A stretch of DNA of 64,000 nt from Dendrobates tinctorius (lineage: Eukaryota): contig NW_027361806.1 in NCBI RefSeq assembly GCF_039654945.1, positions 27,962,001 to 28,026,000 of the forward strand. Direction: 5' to 3'. Shown here piece after piece: positions 49,169 through 60,844 of this stretch. A program made the translations under genes and the position numbers. Under the pieces are notes generated by a model. The model was not told where the DNA came from and searched no databases. It saw only the letters and a program-made list of their open reading frames with translations. The stretch's first letter is position 1. Every line of letters begins with the position of its first letter.

Positions 49169-52100
49169 GTAGGTGATGAACACTGATCGTTAGATTCACC
49201 TCTCTACTTGGTATAAGGCTGCATTCACACTTTGTGGCATCATGATTTAAAAACCGCTGCAAAATCTGTGCAGTTCTATCGCAGCTAAATAACGAGGCTG
49301 CAATGTGTGAACGCAGCTGTAAGAGCACGGACAGATCCGGAGGAGCTGCGGCGCTTTCTCCATGCAATGGATGGCCGAGGCCCCAATGCAGCACAGCCCT
49401 CCTGAATGGGGGCATCTGTTGCGCTGAAATCTGGGAAACTGTGCTGCAGCCCTCCTTGTACTCCTGTGGCCGGGGACCCTCTATTCTCTGGGGCCCCGGA
49501 GGACAGACCCCCCTACCCCTCTTATCAATCAGACCCGTTCCTGAATCCAGCGGACTATAGATCCCAGTACAATAACGGCCCCCTGTAGTGATACGATGTG
49601 TCAGCACTGGGAGTTCAAGATGTGCAATGGGGGTGGCTATATACAGAAGCAGTACATGGCCACACCCCCAGTGCACTTCCAAGCTAATTTGCATGTGGTT
49701 TCAATACTTGATTTCTCAGCGCCGGCACATCGGACCGGAATCAGGTTTATTGTACTGGGACCGATGTAGACATCCTGCTAGTTTTGTAGGGAAACCCTCA
49801 GACAGCCCCCCATATACGGCACCTGGAGCCAGTCAGTCCTATATGTGCCGGCAGCCACGTTACAGGGGTCTGGACCCATCTGTGCCTAGTGTGAACAGTC
49901 ACCTGCATGCGCTTGATGGCCGCCTCACGTGGCTGAAGTTGTGTCTGAGTCTTCTGGGCTCAGCCTCCAACATTTGTAATAAACACATCCGCCACCGGAC
50001 CTCACGCTACTGGCTGCAGCCCCCCGTGTCCTGTGGGGGAGTAGGAGGCCGGACCCTAAACTTTATGGCAGAGTCTTAAAGGATTTAACCTGATGGGATC
50101 TTTCTACATACAGTGCAGAGGAGAAAGCCGTTTATTTTTGCAGAGATTTTAATTAGTAAAAAATAAAATATACAAAATGTAAAAAAAAAAGCCCCCACAC
50201 GCAAGAATCCAGGGGGGACGATGGAGGGGGTCCCAGCGCACAGAGGAGTCCGGGGGGGGGAGGGTTGAGACGACGATGGAGGGGGTCCCAGCGCACAGAA
50301 GAGACCGGGGGGAGCGGGATGATGACGGCGGTCCCAGCGCACAGAAAAGAGTCCTGGGGGCGGGGACGATGACGGAGGTCCCAGCGCACAGAAGAGTCCT
50401 GGGGGCGGCGACTATGACGGCGGTCCCAGCGCACAGAATACAGAGGAGTCCAGGTAGGACGATGTCAGCCTGCAGGGGTCCTCTTGTCAATTGGCGGGGG
50501 TCTGCCAGTCAGTTGGGGCACTGGACGTCACTCGGCGGGGGCTCCGGGCATCATTCGGCGGGGGCTCCGGACGTCACTCGGCGGGGGCTCCGGGCATCAG
50601 TTGGCGGGGGATCTGTACGTCACTCGGCGGGGGCTCCGGGCATCAGTTGGCAGAGGCTCTGGACGTCACTCGGCGGGGGTACCGGGCATCAGTCGGCGGG
50701 GGCTCCGGGCATCACTCGGCGGGGGCACCGGGCATCAGTTGGGGGCACCGAGCATCAGTTGGCAGAGGCTTCGGGCATCAGTCGGCGGGGGCACCGGGCA
50801 TCAGTTGGTGGGGGCTCTGGACGTCAGTCGGCGGGGGCACCGGGCATCAGTTGGAGGGGGCTCTGGACGTCACTCGGCGGGGGCACCGGGCGTCAGTTGG
50901 CAGAGGCTCTGGACGTCACTCGGCGGGGGCTCTGGGCGTCACTCGACGGGGGCACCGGGCATCAGTTGGCGGGGGCTCTGGACGTCACTCGGCGGGGGCG
51001 CCGGGCATCAGTTGGCGGGGGCTCTGGACGTCACTCGGCGGGGGCGCCGGGCATCAGTTGGCGGGGGCTCTGGACGTCACTCGGCGGGGGCGCCGGGCAT
51101 CAGTTGGCGGGGGCCCGGAGGATCTTCACCTCGTCCCGCGGCCGGTCCTGGCTGTCCGTCTCCACCATCCCCAGCCGGTTCAGGGTCCCCAGGCCCTGAC
51201 ACACCCGCCCGAAGATCGTGTGCTTGCCGTCCAGCCACTGCGCCGGGGCCAGGGTAAGGAAGAACTGGCTGCCGTTGGTGTCGGGCCCGGAGTTGGCCAT
51301 GGCGAGGATCCCGGCCCCGGTGAACTTCAGCTCCGGGTGCAGCTCGTCGGAGAAGTGCTTCCCGTCATAGATGGAGCCTCCGCCGCGCCCGGTGCCCGTG
51401 GGGTCCCCGCCCTGCACCATGAAGTCCTTGATGATGCGGTGAAACTTGGTGCCGTTGTAGTAGCCGCGGCGGGAGAGCTCGGCGAAGTTCCTGCACGTCC
51501 GCGGGGCGTGCTCCCAGTACAACTCCACCGTGATCGTGCCCATGCTGGTGTCTAGACTGACGGTGGCCGGCCGCCAATTGTCCGGTGGGATCCCCGCCAT
51601 CCTACACACGAGTGACCGGGGAGCGCCGTCGCGGGTACACACTTCCGGTCTCCAAGCCTCGTTCTCAGACTCTCACTGACGCAGTCCGCCCGTGGCTCAA
51701 CTTCCGGTATCAATAAAGTTACTTTTGACTATGGCGGTAGCTCGGGGTCGATTGCTCATGTCAACCAATCAGAACGCTTTTTACATTTTAAAAACTCTTT
51801 TGAATGAATAATAAGCAGTAATGTGATTGGTTGCTGTGATCTGCGCTGAAACTCCTTCTTGCCGGACACCGGGAAGAGTCATCAAACCTGCCGGAAGGCA
51901 AAGTAATGACTACAACAGGAATTCCGGGATCTGAGGGGTTTATACAAAGTGGGAGATGGGGAAATGGTGTGAAAAAGTGTCATCAGGCCCCAAGTAATAA
52001 AAACGCCATTCATGAACAATGAGGTGTCAGTTTAGGGGGTCTCAGATCTTTATCAGTTTTAGGGGGTCTCAGATCTGTATCAGTTTTAGGGGGTCTCAGA

Positions 52101-55100
52101 TCTGTATCAGTTTTAGGGGTCCGGTCTGGGATCTGTATCAGTTTTAGGGGTCCGGTCTGAGATCTTTATCAGTTTTAAGGGTCCGGTCTGAGATCTTTAT
52201 CAGTTTTAGGGGTCCGGTCTGTGATCTTTATCAGTTTTAGGGGTCCGGTCTGGGATCTATATCAGTTTTAGGGGTCCGGTCTGGGATCTATATCAGTTTT
52301 AAGGGTCCGGTCTGGGATCTATATCAGTTTTAAGGGTCCGGTCTGGGATCTATATCAGTTTTAAGGGTCCGGTCTGGGATCTATATCAGTTTTAGGGGTC
52401 CGGTCTGGGATCTATATCAGTTTTAAGGGTCCGGTCTGGGATCTATATCAGTTTTAGGGGTCCGGTCTGGGGTGTATATCAGTTTTAAGGGTCCGGTCTG
52501 AGGTCTATGTCAGTTTTAGGGTCCGGTCTGGGATCTGTATCAGTTTTAGGGGTCCGGTCTGGGATCTTTATCAGTTTTAGGGGTCCGGTCTGGGATCTAT
52601 ATCAGTTTTAGGGGTCCGGTCTGGGATCTTTATCACTTTTAAGGGTCCGGTCTGGGATCTATATCAGTTTTAGGGGTCCGGTCTGGGATCTATATCAGTT
52701 TTAAGGGTCCGGTCTGGGATCTTTATCAGTTTTAAGGGTCCGGTCTGGGATCTATATCAGTTTTAGGGGTCCGGTCTGGGGTGTATATCAGTTTTAAGGG
52801 TCCGGTCTGAGGTCTATGTCAGTTTTAGGGTCCGGTCTGGGATCTGTATCAGTTTCAGGGGTCCGGTCTGGGATCTTTATCAGTTTTAGGGGTCCGGTCT
52901 GGGATCTATTATCAGTTTTAAGGGTCCGGTCTGGGATCTTTATCAGTTTTAAGGGTCCGGTCTGGGATCTATATCAGTTTTAGGGGTCCGGTCTGGGATC
53001 TTTATCAGTTTTAGGGGTCCGGTCTGGGATCTTTATCAGTTTTAAGGGTCCGGTCTGGGATCTATATCAGTTTTAGGGGTCCGGTCTGGGGTGTATATCA
53101 GTTTTAAGGGTCCGGTCTGAGGTCTATGTCAGTTTTAGGGTCCGGTCTGGGATCTGTATCAGTTTTAGGGGTCCGGTCTGGGATCTTTATCAGTTTTAGG
53201 GGTCCGGTCTGGGATCTATATCAGTTTTAAGGGTCCAGTCTGGGATCTTTATCAGTTTTAGGGGTCCGGTCTGGGATCTTTATCACTTTTAAGGGTCCGG
53301 TCTGGGATCTAAATCAGTTTTAGGGGTCCGGTCTGGGATCTATATCAGTTTTAAGGGTCCGGTCTGGGATCTATATCAGTTTTAGGGGTCCGGTCTGGGG
53401 TGTATATCAGTTTTAGGGGTCCGGTCTGAGATCTTTATCAGTTTTAGGGGTCCGGTCTGGGATCTATATCAGTTTTAGGGGTCCGGTCTGGGATCTTTAT
53501 CAGTTTTAAGGGTCCGGTCTGGGATCTATATCAGTTTTAAGGGTCCGGTCTGGGATCTATATCAGTTTTAGGGGTCCGGTCTGGGATCTTTATCAGTTTT
53601 AAGGGTCCGGTCTGGGATCTATATCAGTTTTAGGGGTCCGGTCTGGGATCTATATCAGTTTTAAGGGTCCGGTCTGGGATCTATATCAGTTTTAGGGTCC
53701 GGTCTGGGATCTTTATCAGTTTTAGGGGTCCGGTCTGGGATCTTTATCAGTTTTAAGGGTCCGGTCTGGGATCTATATCAGTTTTAGGGGTCCGGTCTGG
53801 GATCTTTATCAGTTTTAGGGGTCCGGTCTGGGGTGTATATCAGTTTTAAGGGTCCGGTCTGAGGTCTATGTCAGTTTTAGGGTCCGGTCTGGGATCTGTA
53901 TCAGTTTTAGGGGTCCGGTCTGGGATCTTTATCAGTTTTAAGGGTCCGGTCTGGGATCTATATCAGTTTTAGGGGTCCGGTCTGGGGTGTATATCAGTTT
54001 TAAGGGTCCGGTCTGAGGTCTATGTCAGTTTTAGGGTCCGGTCTGGGATCTGTATCAGTTTTAGGGGTCCGGTCTGGGATCTTTATCAGTTTTAGGGGTC
54101 CGGTCTGGGATCTATATCAGTTTTAAGGGTCCGGTCTGGGATCTTTATCAGTTTTAGGGGTCCGGTCTGGGATCTTTATCACTTTTAAGGGTCCGGTCTG
54201 GGATCTATATCAGTTTTAGGGGTCCGGTCTGGGATCTATATCAGTTTTAAGGGTCCGGTCTGGGATCTTTATAAGTTTTAAGGGTCCGGTCTGGGATCTA
54301 TATCAGTTTTAGGGGTCCGGTCTGGGGTGTATATCAGTTTTAAGGGTCCGGTCTGAGGTCTATGTCAGTTTTAGGGTCCGGTCTGGGATCTGTATCAGTT
54401 TTAGGGGTCCGGTCTGGGATCTTTATCAGTTTTAGGGGTCCGGTCTGGGATCTATTATCAGTTTTAAGGGTCCGGTCTGGGATCTTTATCAGTTTTAAGG
54501 GTCCGGTCTGGGATCTTTATCAGTTTTAGGGTCCGGTCTGGGATCTGTATCAGTTTTAGGGGTCCGGTCTGGGATCTTTATCAGTTTTAGGGGTCCGGTC
54601 TGGGATCTATTATCAGTTTTAAGGGTCCGGTCTGGGATCTTTATCAGTTTTAAGGGTCCGGTCTGGGATCTTTATCAGTTTTAGGGGTCCGGTCTGGGAT
54701 CTTTATCAGTTTTAGGGGTCCGGTCTGGGATCTATATCAGTTTTAAGGGTCCGGTCTGGGATCTATATCAGTTTTAAGGGTCCGGTCTGGGATCTTTATC
54801 AGTTTTAGGGGTCCGGTCTGGGATCTATATCAGTTTTAGGGGTCCGGTCTGGGATCTTTATCAGTTTTAGGGGTCCGGTCTGGGGTGTATATCAGTTTTA
54901 GGGGTCCGGTCTGGGATCTTTATCAGTTTTAGGGGTCCGGTCTGGGATCTTTATCAGTTTTAGGGGTCCGGTCTGGGATCTTTATCAGTTTTAGGGGTCC
55001 GGTCTGGGATCTTTATCAGTTTTAGAGGTCCGGTCTGGGATCTTTATCAGTTTTAGCGGCCGGTCTGGGATCTTTATCAGTTTTAGGGGTCCGGTCTGGG

Positions 55101-55719
55101 ATCTTTATCAGTTTTAGGGGTCCGGTCTGGGGTGTATATCAGTTTTAGGGGTCCGGTCTGGGATCTTTATCAGTTTTAGGGGTCCGGTCTGGGATCTATA
55201 TCAGTTTTAGGGGTCCGGTCTGGGATCTTTATCAGTTTTAGGGGTCCGGTCTGGGATCTTTATCAGTTTTAGGGGTCCGGTCTGGGATCTATATCAGTTT
55301 TAGGGGTCCGGTCTGGGATCTTTATCAGTTTTAGGGGTCCGGTCTGGGATCTTTATCAGTTTTAGGGGTCCGGTCTGGGATCTTTATCAGTTTTAGAGGT
55401 CCGGTCTGGGATCTTTATCAGTTTTAGCGGCCGGTCTGGGATCTTTATCAGTTTTAGGGGTCCGGTCTGGGATCTTTATCAGTTTTAGGGGTCCGGTCTG
55501 GGGTGTATATCAGTTTTAGGGGTCCGGTCTGGGATCTTTATCAGTTTTAGGGGTCCGGTCTGGGATCTATATCAGTTTTTTTGGGTCCGGTCTGGGGTCT
55601 TTATCAGTTTTAGGGGTCCGGTCTGGGGTATATCAGTTTTTGGCATCTCTATCAGTCTAGGGGGTCTGTTCTGGGCTCTGTATCCGCTCTGGGGTCTGTA
55701 TAAGTTCAGGGGATCATGG

Positions 55720-55762
<43 letters not shown>

Positions 55763-57187
55763 TTAGTTTTTCATAGACTTTGATACATATATATCTAATC
55801 TGATTATATGGACTGTGATTGCCCTTATTTATTCTTATTTGATCACGTTTATGCTGCTTCTCCGCTTTGTTTTGGGCTTTTTTTTATTAATGTCTTGTTT
55901 TTTTGTTTTTTTTTGCACATTATTATTATTATACATTTATATAGCGCCATTTATTCCATGGCGCTTTACATGTGAAAAGGGGAAATATAGACAAGTACAA
56001 TAAACATGTGTAAGACAAAGGACACACAAGTACAGGAGGAGAGGGGACCCTGCCCGCGAGGGCTCACAGTCTACATTATCACCTTATTTACCAATACATA
56101 TGTATATCCCTCCATGGTGTGTGAAGCAGTATATAGAGAATGTTGTGGACTGACCTATATCCTTTATGGGTCGTCTCTTCTATGTCGATACATATATTTG
56201 GGACGTTACTCTTCTTTTTCGGTGCTTTATTATCAGTGATTTTTCAGAAGGGCCATTATCATTATTATAGATTTTCAGAGATATATGATCCCAGATTTCT
56301 CATTTTGATCGTATTAACGTCGAGATTTTTTGATGTGAATGAGGAAAGTGGAGCCAGTGGCTGAAAAAAGTTCTGCAACTTCTGTGCTAATTTGGAGATT
56401 TCCTCATAAGCAACCAAACAGGCTGTGAAAGCTGCACAGAGGTGCGACCTGAAGCCTCTCTGTCCTCATGGAATATCTATAATCGCGCCCCCTACTGTCA
56501 TGCACCATTTATTACACCGTTGACTTTTTTCACTTTTTCTTCTCTCTTTATATTTCCGTAGGTTTGTGATTTATAAGTTACCAATGCGTCTGATCAATGA
56601 GTCGTATGGACCAGGCCTGGACTATTTGTATCTCGACTCAAAGTCGCAGGGATGGCAAGTCAGCAAATTCCTCATCAACATGACCCAGGGGGCGATGGGG
56701 CGAGTGCTGGAGCAGCTCTACCAGTCATACAAGGTGAGCGGGATCTTATCGCATGTCTAAATATTCTACCAAACTCTTCAGGACCGGGCGTCACATACGT
56801 ACAAACTGCGATGTGCACCATGGGGCGGATGGGATGTTTGTGTCTGTAAATGGAATTCTGTGTAAACCCCCAGTGTAATTCTATGCAAATCGGGAGACAC
56901 GAAGCTGCATTGGCCCCAGCAGTCGGTATACAGCGTGTTATGGATAAATGCATTTTGGGAAGCCTTTAAAATTGAGCTAAGAAGCTGTAAATATGAAGGA
57001 AATGTCAGACTGACAGTGAAAAGTCAATGTGATGTGTGCGATGTTTCCTGAGATTTGTGCAGGGTTCTTGCATCTGACAATATTTTCTTATTTTCCTTCG
57101 TTCAGAGAAACGACACGGCATACATGTTATATAACGATTCTCCGCCGGGAAGGAACAGCTCCTTCACAGACAGAGGGCACTCCAAGG
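49068..57187 (+). CDS. DNASE2B: Deoxyribonuclease II beta, 5' partial, join(49068..49168,56562..56733,57106..57187,...)
   Basis: MSGRGLLSALCMIGVSLVTCEIACRNEGGDPVDW-FVIYKLP...GLDYLYLDS...LEQLYQSYK-RNDTAYMLYND...GHSKG: signal peptide, DNase II N-terminal motif and first HxK motif. Syntenic with UOX. Later exons were not found in the window. Confidence 0.93.
50131..50136 (-). terminator. Candidate PPIL1 polyadenylation signal AATAAA
   Basis: TTTATT on the + strand, preceded in the transcript by a U-rich tract (50150-50190). Confidence 0.65.
50210..50445. repeat. Degenerate tandem repeat (GACGATGGAGGGGGTCCCAGCGCACAGA core)
   Basis: About 5 copies. Confidence 0.8.
50500..51115. repeat. 23/46-bp GC-rich minisatellite overlapping the PPIL1 stop codon
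   Basis: Alternating GGGCATCAGTTGGCGGGGGCTCT and GGACGTCACTCGGCGGGGGCGCC subunits. Confidence 0.92.
51100..51600 (-). CDS. PPIL1: Peptidyl-prolyl cis-trans isomerase-like 1 (spliceosomal cyclophilin), intronless, 166 aa
   Basis: MAGIPPDNWRP...NFAELSRRGYYNGTKFHRIIKDFMVQGGDPTGTGRGG...LAMANSGPDTNGSQFF...WLDGKHTIFGRV...ETDSQDRP. Full-length open frame with strong Kozak gtaggATGG. Confidence 0.96.
   Translation of the reverse strand: MAGIPPDNWRPATVSLDTSMGTITVELYWEHAPRTCRNFAELSRRGYYNGTKFHRIIKDFMVQGGDPTGTGRGGGSIYDGKHFSDELHPELKFTGAGILAMANSGPDTNGSQFFLTLAPAQWLDGKHTIFGRVCQGLGTLNRLGMVETDSQDRPRDEVKILRAPAN
51601..51900 (-). promoter_or_regulatory. Housekeeping-type promoter of PPIL1
   Basis: CpG-rich. 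Two ACTTCCGGT ETS/GABP sites (51641-51649, 51700-51708), YY1-like ATGGCGG (51731-51737) and CCAAT boxes (51765-51769, 51826-51830). Confidence 0.7.
52025..55640. repeat. 31-bp minisatellite (TATCAGTTTTAGGGGTCCGGTCTGGGATCTT)n containing TTAGGG
   Basis: Tandem periodicity, about 3.6 kb, in DNASE2B intron 1. Confidence 0.97.
55720..55761. repeat. (TA)n microsatellite
   Basis: Seen directly. Confidence 0.95.
55920..56075 (-). mobile_element. L2-type 3' tail fragment
   Basis: (TAT)n...TATAGCGCC...GACCCTGCCCGCGAGGGCTCACAGTCTA resembles 441-620. Confidence 0.65.
56562..56733 (+). CDS. DNASE2B: DNASE2B coding exon 2
   Basis: Polypyrimidine tract and tag|G TTT GTG ATT TAT AAG...AAG|gtgagc. Confidence 0.95.
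57106..57187 (+). CDS. DNASE2B: DNASE2B coding exon 3 (first catalytic HxK)
   Basis: ttcag|AGA AAC GAC...CAC TCC AAG G|gtaagt. Confidence 0.95.
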
Positions 57188-58822
57188 GTAAGTCACAGAC
57201 CCCCTATGTGCACACTGTGTGCTGACCGTGCGGGAGAATTCAGGGGATGTGCACACGTTGTGGATTGCTGTGCGGATTTTTCCGCGATGAATCTGCTTGT
57301 TTTGGCAGAATCCGCAGGTCACAATCCGCGCGTTTTACCTGCGGATTTCCTCTGCGTTTTTACACCTGCAGATTCCACACAAAGAATTGACATGCTGTGG
57401 AAAATAAACTGCTGCGTTTCCTCGCGGATTTTTCTGCAGCATGTGCACAGCGGTTTTCATTTTCCATAGATTTTCATTGTACTGTAAATCACTAGCAAAT
57501 CTGCAGCGGATCCGCAATGTGTGCACAGACCTTCAGACTGATGAATCCGGAGGTCACACAACCGGGATAGATATTGTGGATGCTGTGAAAAGATGCCACC
57601 GGTAGAGACAAATTATCCGGCGAGATCCCGCTGTGGACTTCACCCCTTCACCTCGTTTTCCCTACACTTCTTCCAAGAGACATAACTTTTTTACATTTCT
57701 GTCAATATAACCGTATGAGGCTTGTTTTCTGTAGGACAAGTTGTACTTTTCAATGACACCATTCATTGTATCATGTCATGTACTCAAAAGCAGAAAAAAA
57801 AAATTACCAAGTGCATAGATTGTTTTTATTTAAGTGGAAAAAAAAATTCTGAAATTTGTAAGAAAAAGGTTCTGCTTTTGTCGCCATTTTTTGAGACCTG
57901 TAATGTTTAATTTTTCGGGATCTGGGGCTGGTGAGGGTTTATTCTTTGCGCCCCGAGTTGACGTTTTCATTGATACCATTGGGGGACAGATACAATGTTT
58001 TTGTCGCCTCTTATTGCAATGTTGCAGCAACCAAAAAAAGCAATTTGGGGCTTTTTTGATTTTTTTTTTTGTTACACTGTTTACCAATCAGATTAATTTA
58101 CTTTATCATTTCATAGATCGGACTTCTCCGAACGCAGTGATACCAAACGTGTCACTTTTTATTATTGTTTTATTTTGAATGGGGCAAAAGAGGAGTGATT
58201 TTTTTTTTTTTTTTTTTTTCATATTTTTAAAAACTTTTTTTCTCACTTTTTACTTTATTTAATAGTCCCCTTAGGGGATTTGCAGCTGCGATCGTCCAAT
58301 CGCTTGTGCGATACATAGCAGAGCTGTAGAGGAAATCGGGAGGATCGTAATGACAGCCTCATGGGTCATCAGCAGACCACCAGCTGTCATGACAACCCAT
58401 TGACGCCCCAAGATCATGTCACGATCGTGCCGATGGGAGCGTGGAACATTGCGCCCCTTGCAGGTACGTGCCAAATCCTGCTGTCAGAGAGTGTCAGCGA
58501 GATTTAACAGGCTTTGATCCACCCACAACTGTTAGAGGCAGATTTTAGAGGCCATTATATGTGAGAAAAGATGCAACTCAGCGAGCGTGCCGCAAAGTCA
58601 GGGACACAATTTTTGATGTATATGAACCTCAAAGGTTGTGAAGGGGTTACATACAATCCAGAATCTCCGGAAATTTCCAAAAGCATCAGAACAAAGATGG
58701 AAAAGCTGTAGAAGTGTCGGGAGAGACTGGAGGTGATAGCGGAGGATGTATCAGGAGCCCGGAGAGACGCTTTTCCTTGCACCATGGTAGTCATGGACGT
58801 ACACCAATTTGGCTTGTCTTAA

Positions 58823-59192
58823 AGGGGTGTTGCTATTTAAAAGATGCTATCCCAATATGTAGTTGGTGTAGTAATAATAATAATAATATTAGCAAATACC
58901 TCCAGTTAGAAATGTAGTATAGTTCTTCTGATTCGCTATGTCTCTTTCCTCATGTGCAGGCTTTGCGGGACCTTAGGTATCCATAGTTACGACCACTAGC
59001 AACTAGCTGTCACTATCAGTGGTCATAACCATGGAGACCTAAGGTCCTGCAATGCCTGCACATGAGGAAAGAGACATAGAGAATCAGAAGAACTATACTA
59101 CATTTCTAATTGGAGGTATTTCCTAATATTATTATTATTATTATTACACCTACTACATATTGGGATAGGATCTTTGAAATGGGAATACCCCT
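58823..59192. mobile_element. T2/Kolobok-type MITE
   Basis: TTAA TSDs, AGGGG...CCCCT termini and long internal inverted symmetry. Confidence 0.88.
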
Positions 59193-60601
59193 TTAACTCT
59201 ACTTTTTTGATAAGATTGTTAGAATATCAGTGGGTTGTACAGGACTAGGAAATATGGCGGCTTTCTTCAACCTGCACCCTCACCAGTCCATGCGACCGCC
59301 TCTTGGTAAAACAATAGTGGGATTGATAACCCTTTTAATTCCTGTCGGAAGAAATCGTGCAGCGAGCGACAATAAACAAGGAGTCTGCAATGAATTTCTA
59401 GTAATGCAGCTGAAGGCGACATTTCTGCAGCAGCCGAGCGTCCCCCACTTTGTGGCGCCCACCTTAGTGGTGGCGCTGTTGGCAGAGGCCGCCGTCCTTT
59501 GTCCTCCCCGTCCCTCGGTTGAGCTTGTGTCGTTTTTCGGCCGATTTCACCTATATACCTGTGACGTGCCCTGTCTGCTTTCTTATTTCTTACCCAGCGC
59601 AGATTCACCGTACAACTTCAATCTAAATCCATTTTATAAAATAATCTGAAATCCTCAATAAAAGCTTTTTTGTAAATAATTATAATTTGATACCTGTCTT
59701 TGCATTTCGTCGCTGTGCTCTTGACCTGATGTTTCTGCTGCACTCGGCAAATTCACTCCAGATCCTGCGAACCCAGACATGTTCGTCCTCTTCACCTCCT
59801 GCCTCGCTGGGTTATATCAGGTATCTCAGCCGGCTCGGTATCCACCCTCTGCTCCTCCTCGCATCGCTCCTGGCGTGTCTCCATCACTCAGTACCCGCCT
59901 AGTGAGGGTTGATTACCGCCTCCTGGGGCCGGGTGTGTGACCCATGCGTGGTGGTTCCATCCTATAGATTCCCCGGCCCCCCGTGCATTTCATCATTCCT
60001 GCACTTTGGGGGTGTGGAGAATCCCAAACCATGACCCAATGTTCGTGTCATCAGCGGAAGAGGATCGAGACGCTGCCGCAGGAATCACGCGGCTAAAGAG
60101 AGAAGCGCTGCAAATCGCCAGCATCGGTGACACAAGTCCAGCGCTAAACTGCTGATGAGGGGTTTCAGGAGAGATCCGGGGGGACATCGTCACAGAAGAG
60201 CTGTCGCCGGGTCAAGGCGGGCAGTTTGTGCTCTAATTTTATTCCCGCGGATCCCCTTAGTGAGCAGCTGTTGTTGTTCTTTTTATAATTTCCAAGAGGG
60301 TGGTGCCCACAGGGTAATTTTCAGACACGACCCCACAAACTCTTGTGAGCCACACCCTGTTGGTAAAGACCATAAAAACTTACACCAAAGAAAAAGGTCC
60401 ACTTCTCTGGAACCATAAGAGAGATTAAAAAAAACAACAACCAAAAATGCAAACATCTGGCACCACGGGTCACCTTTATGTGCTGGCAGTCTGCGGTCAC
60501 CACTAGAGGGAGCACAGGAGCGTTCTGCATACTGCTCAGTGTATGGCCGGTATGCAGCACTGCCCCCCCGAGCGCCTCCTAGTGTTCACTAGAGGGATTT
60601 A

Positions 60602-60843
60602 ATAATCTTTATAATAATCTTTATATAGCGCCAACATATTCTGCAGCGCTTTACAGTTTGCACACATTATCATCGCACAATCTAAATTCCCTATCAGTAT
60701 GTCTTTGGAGTGTGGGAGGAAACCGGAGAACCCGGAGGAAACCCACGCAAACACGGGGAGAACATACAAACTCCTTGCAGATGTTGTCCTTGGTGGGATT
60801 CGAACCCAGGACCCCAGCGCTGCAAGGCTGCAGTGCTGCCCAC
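60602..60843 (-). mobile_element. tRNA-derived V-SINE with L2-type tail
   Basis: B-box-like GGATTCGAACCC, V-domain GGGAGGAAACCGGAGAACCCGGAGGAAACCCACGC and 7-bp TSD GGATTTA (60595-60601, 60844-60850). Confidence 0.88.
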
Positions 60844-60844
60844 G

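Noticed and set aside
48978-49694. 238-aa minus-strand ORF
   Set aside because: It has no recognisable homology and overlaps DNASE2B exon 1 in antisense.
50276-51555. Long plus-strand Gly/Arg-rich ORFs
   Set aside because: They are the antisense shadow of GC-rich PPIL1 plus the adjacent minisatellite.
51601-51642. 14-aa N-terminal extension of PPIL1 in the ORF track
   Set aside because: It starts at a non-ATG codon. The ATG at 51600 has a strong Kozak context and matches the conserved MA.IPPD start.
60780-60843. tRNA-like sequence
   Set aside because: It is the head of a V-SINE, with no complete cloverleaf.
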